63,238 nt of DNA, filler included, from Candidatus Rokuibacteriota bacterium (GCA_031406795.1; 10 parts of 10 records of this genome joined end to end with filler, not necessarily neighbours in it); one strand, 5' to 3'. Shown: positions 24,470 to 33,983, numbered from the whole stretch's first letter. The notes: generated by a model from the sequence alone, not told the origin. Numbers and translations are program-made.

Positions 24470-24877
24470 ATGGCGAAACAGATCTTCGTGAACCTGCCGG
24501 TGAAGGACCTGGCCCGGTCGAAAGCGTTCTTCATTGCCCTGGGGTACGGGTTCGACCCGAGGTTCACCGACGAGAAGGCCGCCTGCCTCGTGATCGGCGA
24601 AAACATCTACGCCATGCTCCTGGTCGAGAATTTCTTCAAGACTTTCACGAAGAAGGAGATCGCCGACGCGACGCGAAGCACGGAGGCGATCATGGCCCTG
24701 GCCTACGAAAGCCGGGCGAAGGTCGACGAGATCGTCGGCAAGGCGCTCGCCAACGGCGGGTCCCCCTCCAACGAACCGAACGACTTGGGCTGGATGTACG
24801 GGAAGAGCTTCCAGGACCCGGACGGCCACCTCTGGGAGGCCTTCTGGATGGACCCGGCCGGGCCGCCGCCGGCGTGA
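24470..24877 (+). CDS. VOC/glyoxalase-family protein
   Basis: IFVNLPVKDLARSKAFF...MYGKSFQDPDGHLWE; GGAGG RBS. Confidence 0.9.
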   Translation: MAKQIFVNLPVKDLARSKAFFIALGYGFDPRFTDEKAACLVIGENIYAMLLVENFFKTFTKKEIADATRSTEAIMALAYESRAKVDEIVGKALANGGSPSNEPNDLGWMYGKSFQDPDGHLWEAFWMDPAGPPPA

Positions 24878-24914
24878 TTTCAGCGCTACGGTACTGACGG
24901 AGTCAGGGCGCTCA

Positions 24915-24986
24915 ATGGGGATGCTGCGTGAGGCGCCGCCAGCCAGACTCTTCACGGCTGTCATGCACCGCCCCGGGTTCGACCCC
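24915..24986 (+). repeat. Diverged duplicate of the 5' end of the DUF4416 gene
   Basis: MGMLREAPPARLFTAVMHRPGFDP versus MGKLREAPPARLFVAVMHRPEFDP at 23152. Confidence 0.85.
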
Positions 24987-25106
24987 GCGCCAGCAGCGGC
25001 GTGGGGNNNNNNNNNNNNNNNNNNNNNNNNNNNNNNNNNNNNNNNNNNNNTTAATTAATTAANNNNNNNNNNNNNNNNNNNNNNNNNNNNNNNNNNNNNN
25101 NNNNNN

Positions 25107-25832
25107 CAGGATGATCCCCGACGCGGTGCCGAGGTTGAACGAGTCGATGACCCCGGTCGAGGGGATCCGCACCAACTGGTCGCACAACTCCCGCGTCAGA
25201 CGGCGCAACCCCTCGTGTTCCTCACCCAGAACGATGACCGCGCGCCCGGCGAATTCCACCCGGAAGAGATCCTCAGCGCCGGCTTCGCCGGCGGCGCCGT
25301 AGATCCAGAAGCCCTCCTCCTTGAGCTTGCGCAGCGCCTGGGCGATGTTGCCTGCGCGAACGACCCGCACGTGCTCCAACCCGCCCGCGGCGACCTTCTC
25401 GACCACGGGCGTCACCCCGGCCGAGCGGTCATTCGGGATCAGCACGGCCGCCGCGCCGGTCAGCGCCGCGTTGCGGACCACGGCGCCGAGATTGTGCGGG
25501 TCCTGCACGCCGTCGAGAACCACGACGACGGCCTGCTCCTGCCCGGCGAGCTCGGCGAGGAGCTCGTCGAGGTCGAGGCTCGGCCGGGCATCGGCCTCGA
25601 CGACAACGCCCTGGTGGACGGCGCCGCCGACCATGCGGTCGAGCGTGCGAACGTCGGTGCGCCGGACCTTGAGCCCCCGGGTGCGCGCCAGCTCCTCGAT
25701 CTCGCGCAGACGCCCGCCCCGGGCGCCCTCGGCAAGATAGAGCACCCCGACGGAGCGGGAACCGGAGCGCAGGGCCTCCTCGACGGGGTGGACCCCGTAG
25801 AGAACCCCTTTCAAGCCTTTTTGAGCCGCCAT
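25107..25832 (-). CDS. rlmB: 23S rRNA Gm2251 methyltransferase (SpoU/TrmH family; 3' truncated)
   Basis: YGVHPVEEAL, HQGVV, LDGVQDPHNLGAVVR, VLGEEHEGL, SFNL; follows cysS. Confidence 0.9.
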
Positions 25833-27265
25833 GTCGTCCCCCCGGGATTGTCCTCGAGGGTGACCCCCCGTTCGAGCAACTCCTGGCGGACCCGGTCGGC
25901 GGCCGCGAAGTCGCGCGCCGCGCGGGCTGCCGCACGCTCGGCGATCTTGCCCTCGACCCAGGCCGCATCGACGTCTGCGGCGAGGCCGGCCTGCTCGAGC
26001 GAGCGCAGGCGCGCGGCCCATTCCGGAGGGGCGCTCGTGAAGAGTCCGAGCACCTCGCCGATCCGGCGCACTGCGCCGACGAATCCCGCAAGCGTCGCGC
26101 GGTCCAGGCCGCCCCCGCGGGCCAGAGCCCCGGAGACGGCGCGCATCGCCTTGAAGACCTCGCCGATCGCGCCGGCGGTATTGAAATCGTCGTCCATCGC
26201 CTCGCGGAAACTCTCGTCGAGCCGCGCGACCGCGGCGGCTGCCTCCGCATCGCGCGGTCCGTCCGCGTCCGCGGCGGCGAGCGCGTCCGCCTCCTCGATG
26301 AGCCGGTAGATCCGGTCGAGCGTCCGCGTCGCGTCCGTAAGCTGCTGGTCGGAAAAATCGATCGGCGAGCGGTAGTGCGTCCCGAGCAGGAAGAAACGCA
26401 GCGCTTCGGCGTCGAATTTCTTCAGCACGTCGCGGATCGTGAAGAAGTTGCCGAGGGACTTGGACATCTTCTCGTGGTTCACGTTCACGAACCCGTTGTG
26501 CATCCAGATCCGGACGAATGGCCGGCCGGTGAGCGCCTCGGTCTGGGCGATCTCGTTCTCGTGGTGCGGGAAGGCCAGATCCTTGCCGCCGCCGTGCAGG
26601 TCGAGCTCGGGCCCGAGGTGCTTCATCGCCATCGCGGAACACTCGATGTGCCACCCCGGCCGCCCCGGACCCCACGGGCTCTCCCACCAGGGCTCGCCGG
26701 GCTTGGAGGACTTCCAGAGGGCGAAGTCCATCGGGTCCTCCTTGCGCTGGTCGACCTCGACGCGGGCGCCGGCGAGCATCTCCTCGAGGTCGCGGTGCCC
26801 GAGCTCCCCGTAGGCGGGAAACGACTTGACCCGGAAGTAGACGTCGCCATCGACGGCGTAGGCCTTGCCCTTTTCCACGAGGGCGGCAACCAGCGCGACG
26901 ATCTCGGCGATGTGGTCGGTGGCCTTGGGCTCGACATCGGCCGGCCGCACGCCAAGCGCGGTCATGTCGACGACGTACTCGCGGATGTAGGTCTCCGCCA
27001 GCTCCTGCCAGGGCAGGCCGCGCTCCGCCGCGCGCTTGATGATCTTGTCGTCGATGTCGGTGTAGTTGCGCACGTAGTTCACCTGGAACCCGGCGTAGGC
27101 GAGGTACCGGCGCACGACGTCGAAGACCAGCGCACCGCGGCCGTGGCCGAGATGGCTCAGGTCGTACACGGTCACGCCGCAGACGTACATGCCGACGCGC
27201 GGGGGGGCAATCGGGACGAAGTCCTCCTTGCGGCCGGTCCGGGTATTGAAGATGCGCAGCGTCAT
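25811..27265 (-). CDS. cysS: Cysteine--tRNA ligase
   Basis: MYVCGVTVYD, HLGH, PGWHIECSAM, FPHHENE, KMSKS. Confidence 0.98.
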   Translation of the reverse strand: MTLRIFNTRTGRKEDFVPIAPPRVGMYVCGVTVYDLSHLGHGRGALVFDVVRRYLAYAGFQVNYVRNYTDIDDKIIKRAAERGLPWQELAETYIREYVVDMTALGVRPADVEPKATDHIAEIVALVAALVEKGKAYAVDGDVYFRVKSFPAYGELGHRDLEEMLAGARVEVDQRKEDPMDFALWKSSKPGEPWWESPWGPGRPGWHIECSAMAMKHLGPELDLHGGGKDLAFPHHENEIAQTEALTGRPFVRIWMHNGFVNVNHEKMSKSLGNFFTIRDVLKKFDAEALRFFLLGTHYRSPIDFSDQQLTDATRTLDRIYRLIEEADALAAADADGPRDAEAAAAVARLDESFREAMDDDFNTAGAIGEVFKAMRAVSGALARGGGLDRATLAGFVGAVRRIGEVLGLFTSAPPEWAARLRSLEQAGLAADVDAAWVEGKIAERAAARAARDFAAADRVRQELLERGVTLEDNPGGTTWRLKKA

Positions 27266-27292
27266 GATAGGGTGGTTATCATACCCGAGGGG

Positions 27293-27347
27293 CGAAAAAG
27301 GGGACAGATTTATTTTTCCTACAAAAATAAATCTGTCCCCTTTTTCG
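27293..27347. repeat. AT-rich REP-like palindrome (family C)
   Basis: Perfect 25-bp arms CGAAAAAGGGGACAGATTTATTTTT with a 5-nt loop; related copy at 33029-33080 and a half copy at 60985-61006. Confidence 0.9.
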
Positions 27348-27396
27348 GTGCCCCTCGCGATTTACTCCTTGCCTCCGCGGCGCCTGTGGCCTGACA

Positions 27397-27903
27397 ATGC
27401 GCGCAATGCGTCACTGGTATGTGGTTCAGAGCAAGCCCCAGCAGGCGGATCGGGTCGCGGTTCAACTCGAGGAACTCCTCGCCATCGAGGTCTACAACCC
27501 GAGGATCGAGGTGCGCGTCGTGCGGGGCATCCACAAGACGACGCAGATCAAGCCGCTGTTCCCGAACTACCTCTTCGCCCGGCTCGAGCTGCCGGGGGAA
27601 TGGAAGACGATCACGTTCACCCGCGGCGTGGCCCGCGTGCTCGGCGGCTGGGAGGACCCGCGCTCCGTCGACGACGCGGTCGTCGCCGCCATCCGCACCC
27701 AGGAGCGCCGCAAGGATCGCCTGATCGCCTACTACCGTTTCAAGCCCCGGGAGCGGGTCGTGGTGCGCTCGGGGCCCTTCAAGGACATCCACGGCATCTT
27801 CGAGCGGTACGTCGACGAAGGGGAGCGGGTGCGCATCTTGCTGTCGCTGATCGGTTACGACGCCTCGGTTGAACTTGAGTCCGAGCAGGTGGCGAAACTG
27901 TGA
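27397..27903 (+). CDS. NusG paralog (RfaH/UpxY/LoaP-like antiterminator)
   Basis: WYVVQSKP, PLFPNYLF (NGN domain), SGPFKDIHG (KOW); not in the secE-nusG-rplK context. Confidence 0.85.
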   Translation: MRAMRHWYVVQSKPQQADRVAVQLEELLAIEVYNPRIEVRVVRGIHKTTQIKPLFPNYLFARLELPGEWKTITFTRGVARVLGGWEDPRSVDDAVVAAIRTQERRKDRLIAYYRFKPRERVVVRSGPFKDIHGIFERYVDEGERVRILLSLIGYDASVELESEQVAKL

Positions 27904-28778
27904 CGACGGCGGTCGCGATCCTCAGGAGCACGCGTCCGGCCCAGTGGCTGAAGAACGTCCTGGTCTTCGCGCCGCTGATCTTCGCGCACCAGGCGCTCGA
28001 ACGCCACGCCCTGCTGCGCTCGCTGGCGGTCTTCGGCCTCTTCTGCCTCGCCTCGGGAGCGGTGTACCTCGTCAACGACCTGCTCGACCGCGCCAGCGAC
28101 CGCGGGCACCCCGTGAAGCGCCGCAGGCCAATCGCCTGCGGCGAGCTGTCCCCGGTCGCAGCGGGGGCGGCCGCGGCACTGCTCGGCTTCGGGGCGATCG
28201 CCGTCGCGGCGCTGCTGGACCGGCGCGTCGCGTTCGTCCTCGGGGTCTACCTGCTCGTCAACCTGCTCTACTCGCGCGTGCTCAAACACCTGGTCATCCT
28301 CGACGTCATGACGATCGCCGCCGGCTTCGTGCTGCGGGTGGTCGCCGGGGGCATCGCCGTCGGCGTCGCGCTCTCCTCGTGGCTGCTGCTGTGCACCTCG
28401 CTGCTGGCGCTGTTTCTCGGTTTCGGCAAGCGCCGCCACGAACTGGTGCTGCTTGAGGTCAACGCCTCCACCCACCGGCCGATCCTCTCCGAGTACAGCC
28501 CCTATTTCCTGGACCAGCTGATCGCGGTGGTCACGACCTCCACGCTCGTGACCTACGCGCTCTACACGATGGATCCGCTCGTGCAGCAGAAGCTCGGCAC
28601 GCCCTACCTGCCGCTGACCATCCCGTTCGTGCTCTACGGGATCTTCCGCTACCTCTATCTCGTGCACCAGAAGCAGGAGGGCGGCGACCCGTCGCAGATC
28701 ATCTTCAACGACAAGCCGCTGCTGCTGAACGTCCTCCTCTGGGCCGCCACGGTCTTCTTCATCCTGTATTTCAGTTAG
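27900..28778 (+). CDS. UbiA-family decaprenyl-phosphate phosphoribosyltransferase-like protein
   Basis: RPAQWLKN, YLVNDLLD...HPVKRRRPIA, KRRHEL; multi-TM. Confidence 0.88.
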   Translation: MTTAVAILRSTRPAQWLKNVLVFAPLIFAHQALERHALLRSLAVFGLFCLASGAVYLVNDLLDRASDRGHPVKRRRPIACGELSPVAAGAAAALLGFGAIAVAALLDRRVAFVLGVYLLVNLLYSRVLKHLVILDVMTIAAGFVLRVVAGGIAVGVALSSWLLLCTSLLALFLGFGKRRHELVLLEVNASTHRPILSEYSPYFLDQLIAVVTTSTLVTYALYTMDPLVQQKLGTPYLPLTIPFVLYGIFRYLYLVHQKQEGGDPSQIIFNDKPLLLNVLLWAATVFFILYFS

Positions 28779-29317
28779 CCCGGGTCGGCTGGGAGGCCCT
28801 GACGCGCCCTGGCGGCGTTGCGGACCGGGTTGCTTGTGCGGCGGGCACGAGCCCTCCTCCGCGCACCCTTCCCGCTGCCTTGCCAGGACGCGTCAGGACG
28901 CTCCCAGCCGACTCGGGCAGCACGTGAACGGGAACGCCCGGGAACGTTACCGGGACGTTGACGTTGCCCTCGCTTCGCTGGGCGATGCCGCCGGGCCGAT
29001 CGTCTTCCGTGGCCAGTTCCATTGCCCAGCGAAGCGCGGGCGATGAGACGCCGCACGGGAATTGCGACCTCGCGACATTGCCCGGCGAAGCGAGGACGAC
29101 GACCCCGAAGTCATCGCCCAGCGAAGCGAGGCAACGCCCCCGACATGGCCCCAGTCCATCGGCAATTGACTGCCCGAGTCGGCCGGGAGCGTCCTGATGC
29201 GTCCTGGCAAGGCAGCGCCGAGCGCGCGCGGAGGCGCACTCGTGTGCGCCGCACAAGCGACGCGAGAAGCAACGCGGCCAGGGCGCATCAGGGCCTCCCC
29301 GCCGACCCGGGCTGACG
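28776..29317. repeat. Composite repeat: inverted ~145-bp structured units (28776-28921, 29170-29317) flanking four ~22-nt GCCCAGCGAAGCG units
   Basis: Direct alignment of left unit with the reverse complement of the right unit; short units at about 28963, 29021, 29077 and 29113. Confidence 0.85.
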
Positions 29318-29318
29318 G

Positions 29319-30884
29319 TTAACGGTTGACGCGGCGGCGCGCTAGGGCGAGGACAGAGGTGAGTTCTTCGCTGCCGAGCAGGCGGCTGGCGCCGCAGTAG
29401 ATTGCAATGCAGAGCGACGCGGTCCCGGCGAAGAGCGCCGTCTTCAGCGCGGTGTGGCCGCCGGCCTCCCAGAGTTGCCCGCGCAGCAGCGCCCAGCCGA
29501 CCAGACCCATCAGCGCCGCGGCGGCCGCGGTGCGCAGCAGCGAGCGCGCGATCCTCCCGGTCTCGATGCGGCCGAGCCGTCGACGCAGCAGGAGAAAGAG
29601 CGCCGTGAAGTTCGCCATGGAGGCGCAGGCGTTCGCGAGGGCCAGCCCGGCGTGGGCCAGCGGCCCCATCAGCGCCAGGCTCAGCGCGAGGTTCACGAGC
29701 ATCGTCGCCATGCCGACGCGCACCGGCGTCCGCGTGTCCTGCAGCGCGTAGAAGGTCGCCGTGACCACCCGCACGCCGACCACGGCCCAGATGCCGAACG
29801 CGTAGCAGAGCAACGCCTGGGCCGTCCCCGCGGCGGCGGCCTCGTCGAAGCGTCCGCGCAGGAACAGCAGGTTGACGATCGGCCCCCGCAGCGCGATGAG
29901 CCCCGCCATCGCCGGGACGGTGATGAAGAAGAGCAGCCGCAGCGCGTACGAGAAATCCTCCCGCAGCCGCTCGGTCTCGCCGCGCGCCGCGTGCTCGGAG
30001 AGCGCGGGGAGCACCGCCATGCCCATGGCCACGCCGAAGATGCCGATCGGGAATTGAATCAGCCGCATCGAGTAGTACAGGTACGTGATGCTCCCCTGCG
30101 CCAGGTACGAGGCGAGGATGTTGCTGACGAAGATATTGACCTGCGCGACTGCCATCCCCAGCGTCGCGGGCAGCAACAGCACGCCCATGCGCCTGAGGCC
30201 CGGGTGCCCGAAGCGGAACGACGGCACGAGCGAGTAGCCGGCGCGGAGAAAGGAGGGGAGCTGGAAGGCCAGTTGCGCGCCCCCGCCGATCGCGACGCCC
30301 ACCGCGACCGCGGCGATGGCGGGACTCACCCGGCCGGCGAGCAGGGGCACCGCGGCGATCCAGACCGCGTTGAACACGGCCGACGCCAGCGCCGGCACGA
30401 AGAAAACCCGACGCGTGTTGAGGGCCCCCATGACGAGCGCCGCGAGACTGACAAACAGCAGAAAAGGGAACATGATCCGCGTCATCAGCACCGTCAACGC
30501 GAGTTTCTCCGGGTCGGCGCGAAAGCCCGGCGCGATCGCGACCACGATCTCGGGGGCGAAGAGCACGCCGAGTGCGCAGACTGTGCCGACGAGCAGGAAC
30601 ATGAAGGTCAGCGCCGCGCGCACGAGTCGGGTCGCCTCCGCCTTCCCCTCCGCCGCCTCGACCCGGGAGAGCACCGGCACGAAGGCCGAGGACATGGACC
30701 CCTCCGCGAAGAGTTCGCGCAGCAGGTTCGGAATCCGGAAGGCGACGAAGAAGGTATCCGAGGCCCCCGCCGCGCCGAAGAAGCTCGCGAGCGTCATGTC
30801 CCGGACAAAACCGAGAATCCGGCTGATGAGCGTAGCGGCCGACATCACGCCGGCGGCCTTCGCGATCCGACCCTGGCTCCCCAT
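29319..30884 (-). CDS. murJ: Lipid II flippase MurJ (MviN)
   Basis: SRILGFVRD, AFRIPNLLRELFAEG, RLIQFPIGIFGVA, FYALQDTRTP. Confidence 0.96.
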   Translation of the reverse strand: MGSQGRIAKAAGVMSAATLISRILGFVRDMTLASFFGAAGASDTFFVAFRIPNLLRELFAEGSMSSAFVPVLSRVEAAEGKAEATRLVRAALTFMFLLVGTVCALGVLFAPEIVVAIAPGFRADPEKLALTVLMTRIMFPFLLFVSLAALVMGALNTRRVFFVPALASAVFNAVWIAAVPLLAGRVSPAIAAVAVGVAIGGGAQLAFQLPSFLRAGYSLVPSFRFGHPGLRRMGVLLLPATLGMAVAQVNIFVSNILASYLAQGSITYLYYSMRLIQFPIGIFGVAMGMAVLPALSEHAARGETERLREDFSYALRLLFFITVPAMAGLIALRGPIVNLLFLRGRFDEAAAAGTAQALLCYAFGIWAVVGVRVVTATFYALQDTRTPVRVGMATMLVNLALSLALMGPLAHAGLALANACASMANFTALFLLLRRRLGRIETGRIARSLLRTAAAAALMGLVGWALLRGQLWEAGGHTALKTALFAGTASLCIAIYCGASRLLGSEELTSVLALARRRVNR

Positions 30885-30943
30885 GGGGCGCGATTCTAGC
30901 ACGCGCGATTGACTCGCCGCCGCGCTGCAGGTAGGAATACCTC

Positions 30944-33028
30944 ATGGTTCCCCACGCCGCGGCGATCTTCCTTTCGGCCTTCCTGCTGTTTCAAGTCCAG
31001 CCGCTGGCCGGCAAGGAACTCCTCCCCTGGTTCGGCGGCAGCGCCGCGGTCTGGTCGGCCTGCCTGCTCTTCTTCCAGGCCGTGCTCTTTCTCGGCTATC
31101 TCTACGCGCACCTTATCGGGACGCGCCTTGCGCCGCGCCGCCAGGGGATCGTGCACCTGGCGCTGCTCGCGATCGCCCTCGCCTTCCTGCCGATCGCCGC
31201 CGGCGCGGCCTGGAAGCCCCCCGACCAGTCGCTGCCCGTCCCGAGGATCCTGGCCTTTCTCGCCGCGACGCTCGGCCTGCCGTATTTCCTGCTCTCGGCG
31301 AACGGGCCGCTGCTCCAGCGCTGGTACACGCTGCGCTCTCCCGGCGCTCCGTGGCGCCTGTACGCGCTGTCGAACGCCGGTTCGCTGCTCGGGCTGCTCT
31401 CCTACCCCGTCCTCGTCGAACCGTTCCTCTCGCTCGGCGCCCAGCGGCTGCTCTGGTCCGCCGGGTACGCGGCGTTCGTGGCCGCCGCCGCCGCCTGCGC
31501 CTTCGGACTCGTCCGCGCCGCCCCGCCGCTGCCGCCGGCACCGCCCGATCAGCGCGGATCGCCCGGGAGCCGCGACTCCGGCGCGGGCTGGACGGCTCTC
31601 GTGCTGGCGCTGTCGCTCACCGGCTCGCTGCTGATGGCCGCGACGACGCACTACCTGTGCCAGCACGTCGCGGTCATCCCGCTGCTCTGGATTCTCCCCC
31701 TCGCACTCTACCTGGTGAGCTTCATCGTCGTGTTCGCCGGCGATCGCTGGTACCGGCGCGGCCTGATGATCCCGCTCCTCGCCACAGCCACGATCGCCGC
31801 GACCGCGACGCTGTTCCTCGGTTTTCGCATCAGCCTCCCCGCACGCATCCTGGTGCTGCTCGCGCACCTCTTCGTCGGCTGCCTGGTGTTGCACGGCGAA
31901 ATGGCGCGCCTCAAGCCGGCGCCGCGACGGCTCACCGGCTACTATCTGCTGCTCTCGGCCGGCGGGGCGCTCGGGACGGCGTTCGTGACCTTCCTGGCGC
32001 CGGCGCTCTTCTCGGGGTACTGGGAGTACCACGTCGCGCTCGCCACCTGCTGGGGATTGACGCTGGTCGCGGTGCTGCGGGACGCCCGCGCGGCGCGGCA
32101 GCCGGGGCGTTCGAAGGCCGCACTGGTCGCCGGCCTCGCCAGCCTCCTGGCGCTCGTCGTCACGCTGCGCTGGGACACACTCGTCGTCATGGCTCAGACC
32201 GTGCACGCCGAGCGCAATTTCTACGGGGCGCTCCAGGTGATCGAGCGCGACGCCGACGATCCGGGCCGGCACCGCTTCGAGCTGACCAACGGGGGCATCC
32301 TGCACGGCGCGCAGTTCACCGACCCGCGGCTGCGGCGCCGCCCGACGGTCTACTTCGGGCCGTCGAGCGGGCTGGCCGCGGGCCTGCGCTCCGCCCGGGA
32401 GACGGCGCGCGCCGGCGGCGGGACGGGCGGGCTGCGCATCGGCTGCATCGGCCTGGGAGTCGGCGTGATCGCCGCGCACACGATCCCCGGCGACGAGTTG
32501 CGCTACTACGAGCTGAACCCGGACGTGGAGCGCGTGGCGCGAAGATACTTCAGCTTTCTCGCCGATGCCCCGGGAGCCACCACGGTCATCCTCGGGGACG
32601 CTCGCCTCTCGCTGGAGCGGGAGCTGGCCGCGGGCGGCCCGCGCCGTTTCGACGTCTTCGTCGTGGATGCCTTCACCGGCGACGCCATCCCCGCCCACCT
32701 GCTGACGCGCGAATGCCTCCAACTCTACCTGGCGCACCTCGCGCCGGGCGGACGGCTGCTGCTGCACATCAGCAACCGTTACCTGGACTTGCGCCCGGTC
32801 GTGCTCGCTCTGGCGCGCGACGCCGGCCTCGAGGCGATCGTCATGGACAGCCGTCCGGCCGACGTCTCCGAATTGCCCGCCACCTGGGCCGCCATCGCGC
32901 GAAGCGGCTTCTTCTCCGCCGAGGAACGCGCGATGGCCGCGGCGTCGCGGCCGCCATTCACCGGCCGGCTGGCGCTCTGGACGGACGAATACAGCACCCT
33001 CTTCAACCTGCTCTTCCGAGGTGAGTGA
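30944..33028 (+). CDS. Multi-TM membrane protein fused to a spermidine-synthase-like SAM-binding domain
   Basis: FLSAFLLFQVQP...LYALSNAGSLLGL; RNFYG, LHGAQ, IGLGVG, YELNP, GDARLSL, DAFTGDAIP, WTDEYS. Confidence 0.85.
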   Translation: MVPHAAAIFLSAFLLFQVQPLAGKELLPWFGGSAAVWSACLLFFQAVLFLGYLYAHLIGTRLAPRRQGIVHLALLAIALAFLPIAAGAAWKPPDQSLPVPRILAFLAATLGLPYFLLSANGPLLQRWYTLRSPGAPWRLYALSNAGSLLGLLSYPVLVEPFLSLGAQRLLWSAGYAAFVAAAAACAFGLVRAAPPLPPAPPDQRGSPGSRDSGAGWTALVLALSLTGSLLMAATTHYLCQHVAVIPLLWILPLALYLVSFIVVFAGDRWYRRGLMIPLLATATIAATATLFLGFRISLPARILVLLAHLFVGCLVLHGEMARLKPAPRRLTGYYLLLSAGGALGTAFVTFLAPALFSGYWEYHVALATCWGLTLVAVLRDARAARQPGRSKAALVAGLASLLALVVTLRWDTLVVMAQTVHAERNFYGALQVIERDADDPGRHRFELTNGGILHGAQFTDPRLRRRPTVYFGPSSGLAAGLRSARETARAGGGTGGLRIGCIGLGVGVIAAHTIPGDELRYYELNPDVERVARRYFSFLADAPGATTVILGDARLSLERELAAGGPRRFDVFVVDAFTGDAIPAHLLTRECLQLYLAHLAPGGRLLLHISNRYLDLRPVVLALARDAGLEAIVMDSRPADVSELPATWAAIARSGFFSAEERAMAAASRPPFTGRLALWTDEYSTLFNLLFRGE

Positions 33029-33080
33029 GAAATGGGGACAGATTTATTTTTGCGTTTGAAAATAAATCTGTCCCCATTTC
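33029..33080. repeat. REP-like palindrome (family C) overlapping a CDS start
   Basis: 22-bp arms GAAATGGGGACAGATTTATTTT with an 8-nt loop. Confidence 0.9.
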
Positions 33081-33982
33081 TGTTCCTTGCAACCGCCCTG
33101 CCGGTTCTGGCCGTCCTCACGCTGTCGCCTCGGCCGGCACGGTGCACGGAGGAGTACTCGGCCTGCACCGGTCGGCCCTGTGCGCACTGCCACCAGAGCC
33201 CCGCCGGCGGCGGCGAGCTCACGGCGCGCGGCGCCTCCTTCGAGCAGGCCGTCGCGGCGGAGCGCGGCGCCGTGCCCGCCGCCGCGCTCCGCCGTTACGG
33301 CCGGGCTGCTGTTCTCTTCGTCCACATCGTGACCGCCTTCTTCTGGTTCGGGACGATCCTGTACGTCCATCTGATCCTCAAGCCGGCCTACGCCGCGCAA
33401 GGTCTGCCCCGTGGCGAACTGCGCCTCGGCTGGGCCGGTATCATCTCGATCGCCGTCACCGGCACCATCCTCACGCTGCTGCGGGTGGACTCCTGGCAGA
33501 CGCTTTTCCATTCCCGTTTCGGCGTGCTGCTCTGCATCAAGATCGCTCTCTTCCTGGTCATGGCGGCCACGGCCTTGCTGGTGACCTTTGTCATCGGGCC
33601 GCGGCTGGGCAGGCCCCGGGCCCGCAAGGCCCACCCCGGCCGAGGCGAATTCACGCCGGAGGAACTCGCCCTCTTCGACGGCCGCGAGGGACGGCAGGCA
33701 TTTGTCGGGTACCGCGGCAAAGTCTACGATCTCTCGGCGAGCGGGATGTGGGGGGGAGGCGCGCACATGCAGCGGCACGCGGCGGGGAACGACCTGACGC
33801 CGGCGATCACTCAGGCGCCGCACGGCGAGGAGAAACTCGCGGCCTTCCCGATGGTCGGTGCGCTCGTTCCCTCCCTCGGCGAACAGCACCCCCCGATCGT
33901 GCGTCGCTTCTTCTTCATGGCCTATCTGAACCTGGGGATCGTCGTCGCCGTCCTGCTCGTCATCACCCTCTGGCGCATGTAA
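33032..33982 (+). CDS. Membrane protein with a c-type heme motif, CopD-like TM region and cytochrome b5-like domain
   Basis: Signal-like N-terminus, CAHCH, TM helices with HIVTAFFWFG, and FTPEELALFDG...KVYDLS...HMQRHAAGNDLT. Confidence 0.75.
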   Translation: MGTDLFLRLKINLSPFLFLATALPVLAVLTLSPRPARCTEEYSACTGRPCAHCHQSPAGGGELTARGASFEQAVAAERGAVPAAALRRYGRAAVLFVHIVTAFFWFGTILYVHLILKPAYAAQGLPRGELRLGWAGIISIAVTGTILTLLRVDSWQTLFHSRFGVLLCIKIALFLVMAATALLVTFVIGPRLGRPRARKAHPGRGEFTPEELALFDGREGRQAFVGYRGKVYDLSASGMWGGGAHMQRHAAGNDLTPAITQAPHGEEKLAAFPMVGALVPSLGEQHPPIVRRFFFMAYLNLGIVVAVLLVITLWRM

Positions 33983-33983
33983 C

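Noticed and set aside
28922-29169. Short repeated units as a possible CRISPR array
   Set aside because: Units are degenerate, of mixed orientation and irregular spacing, and no cas genes are present.
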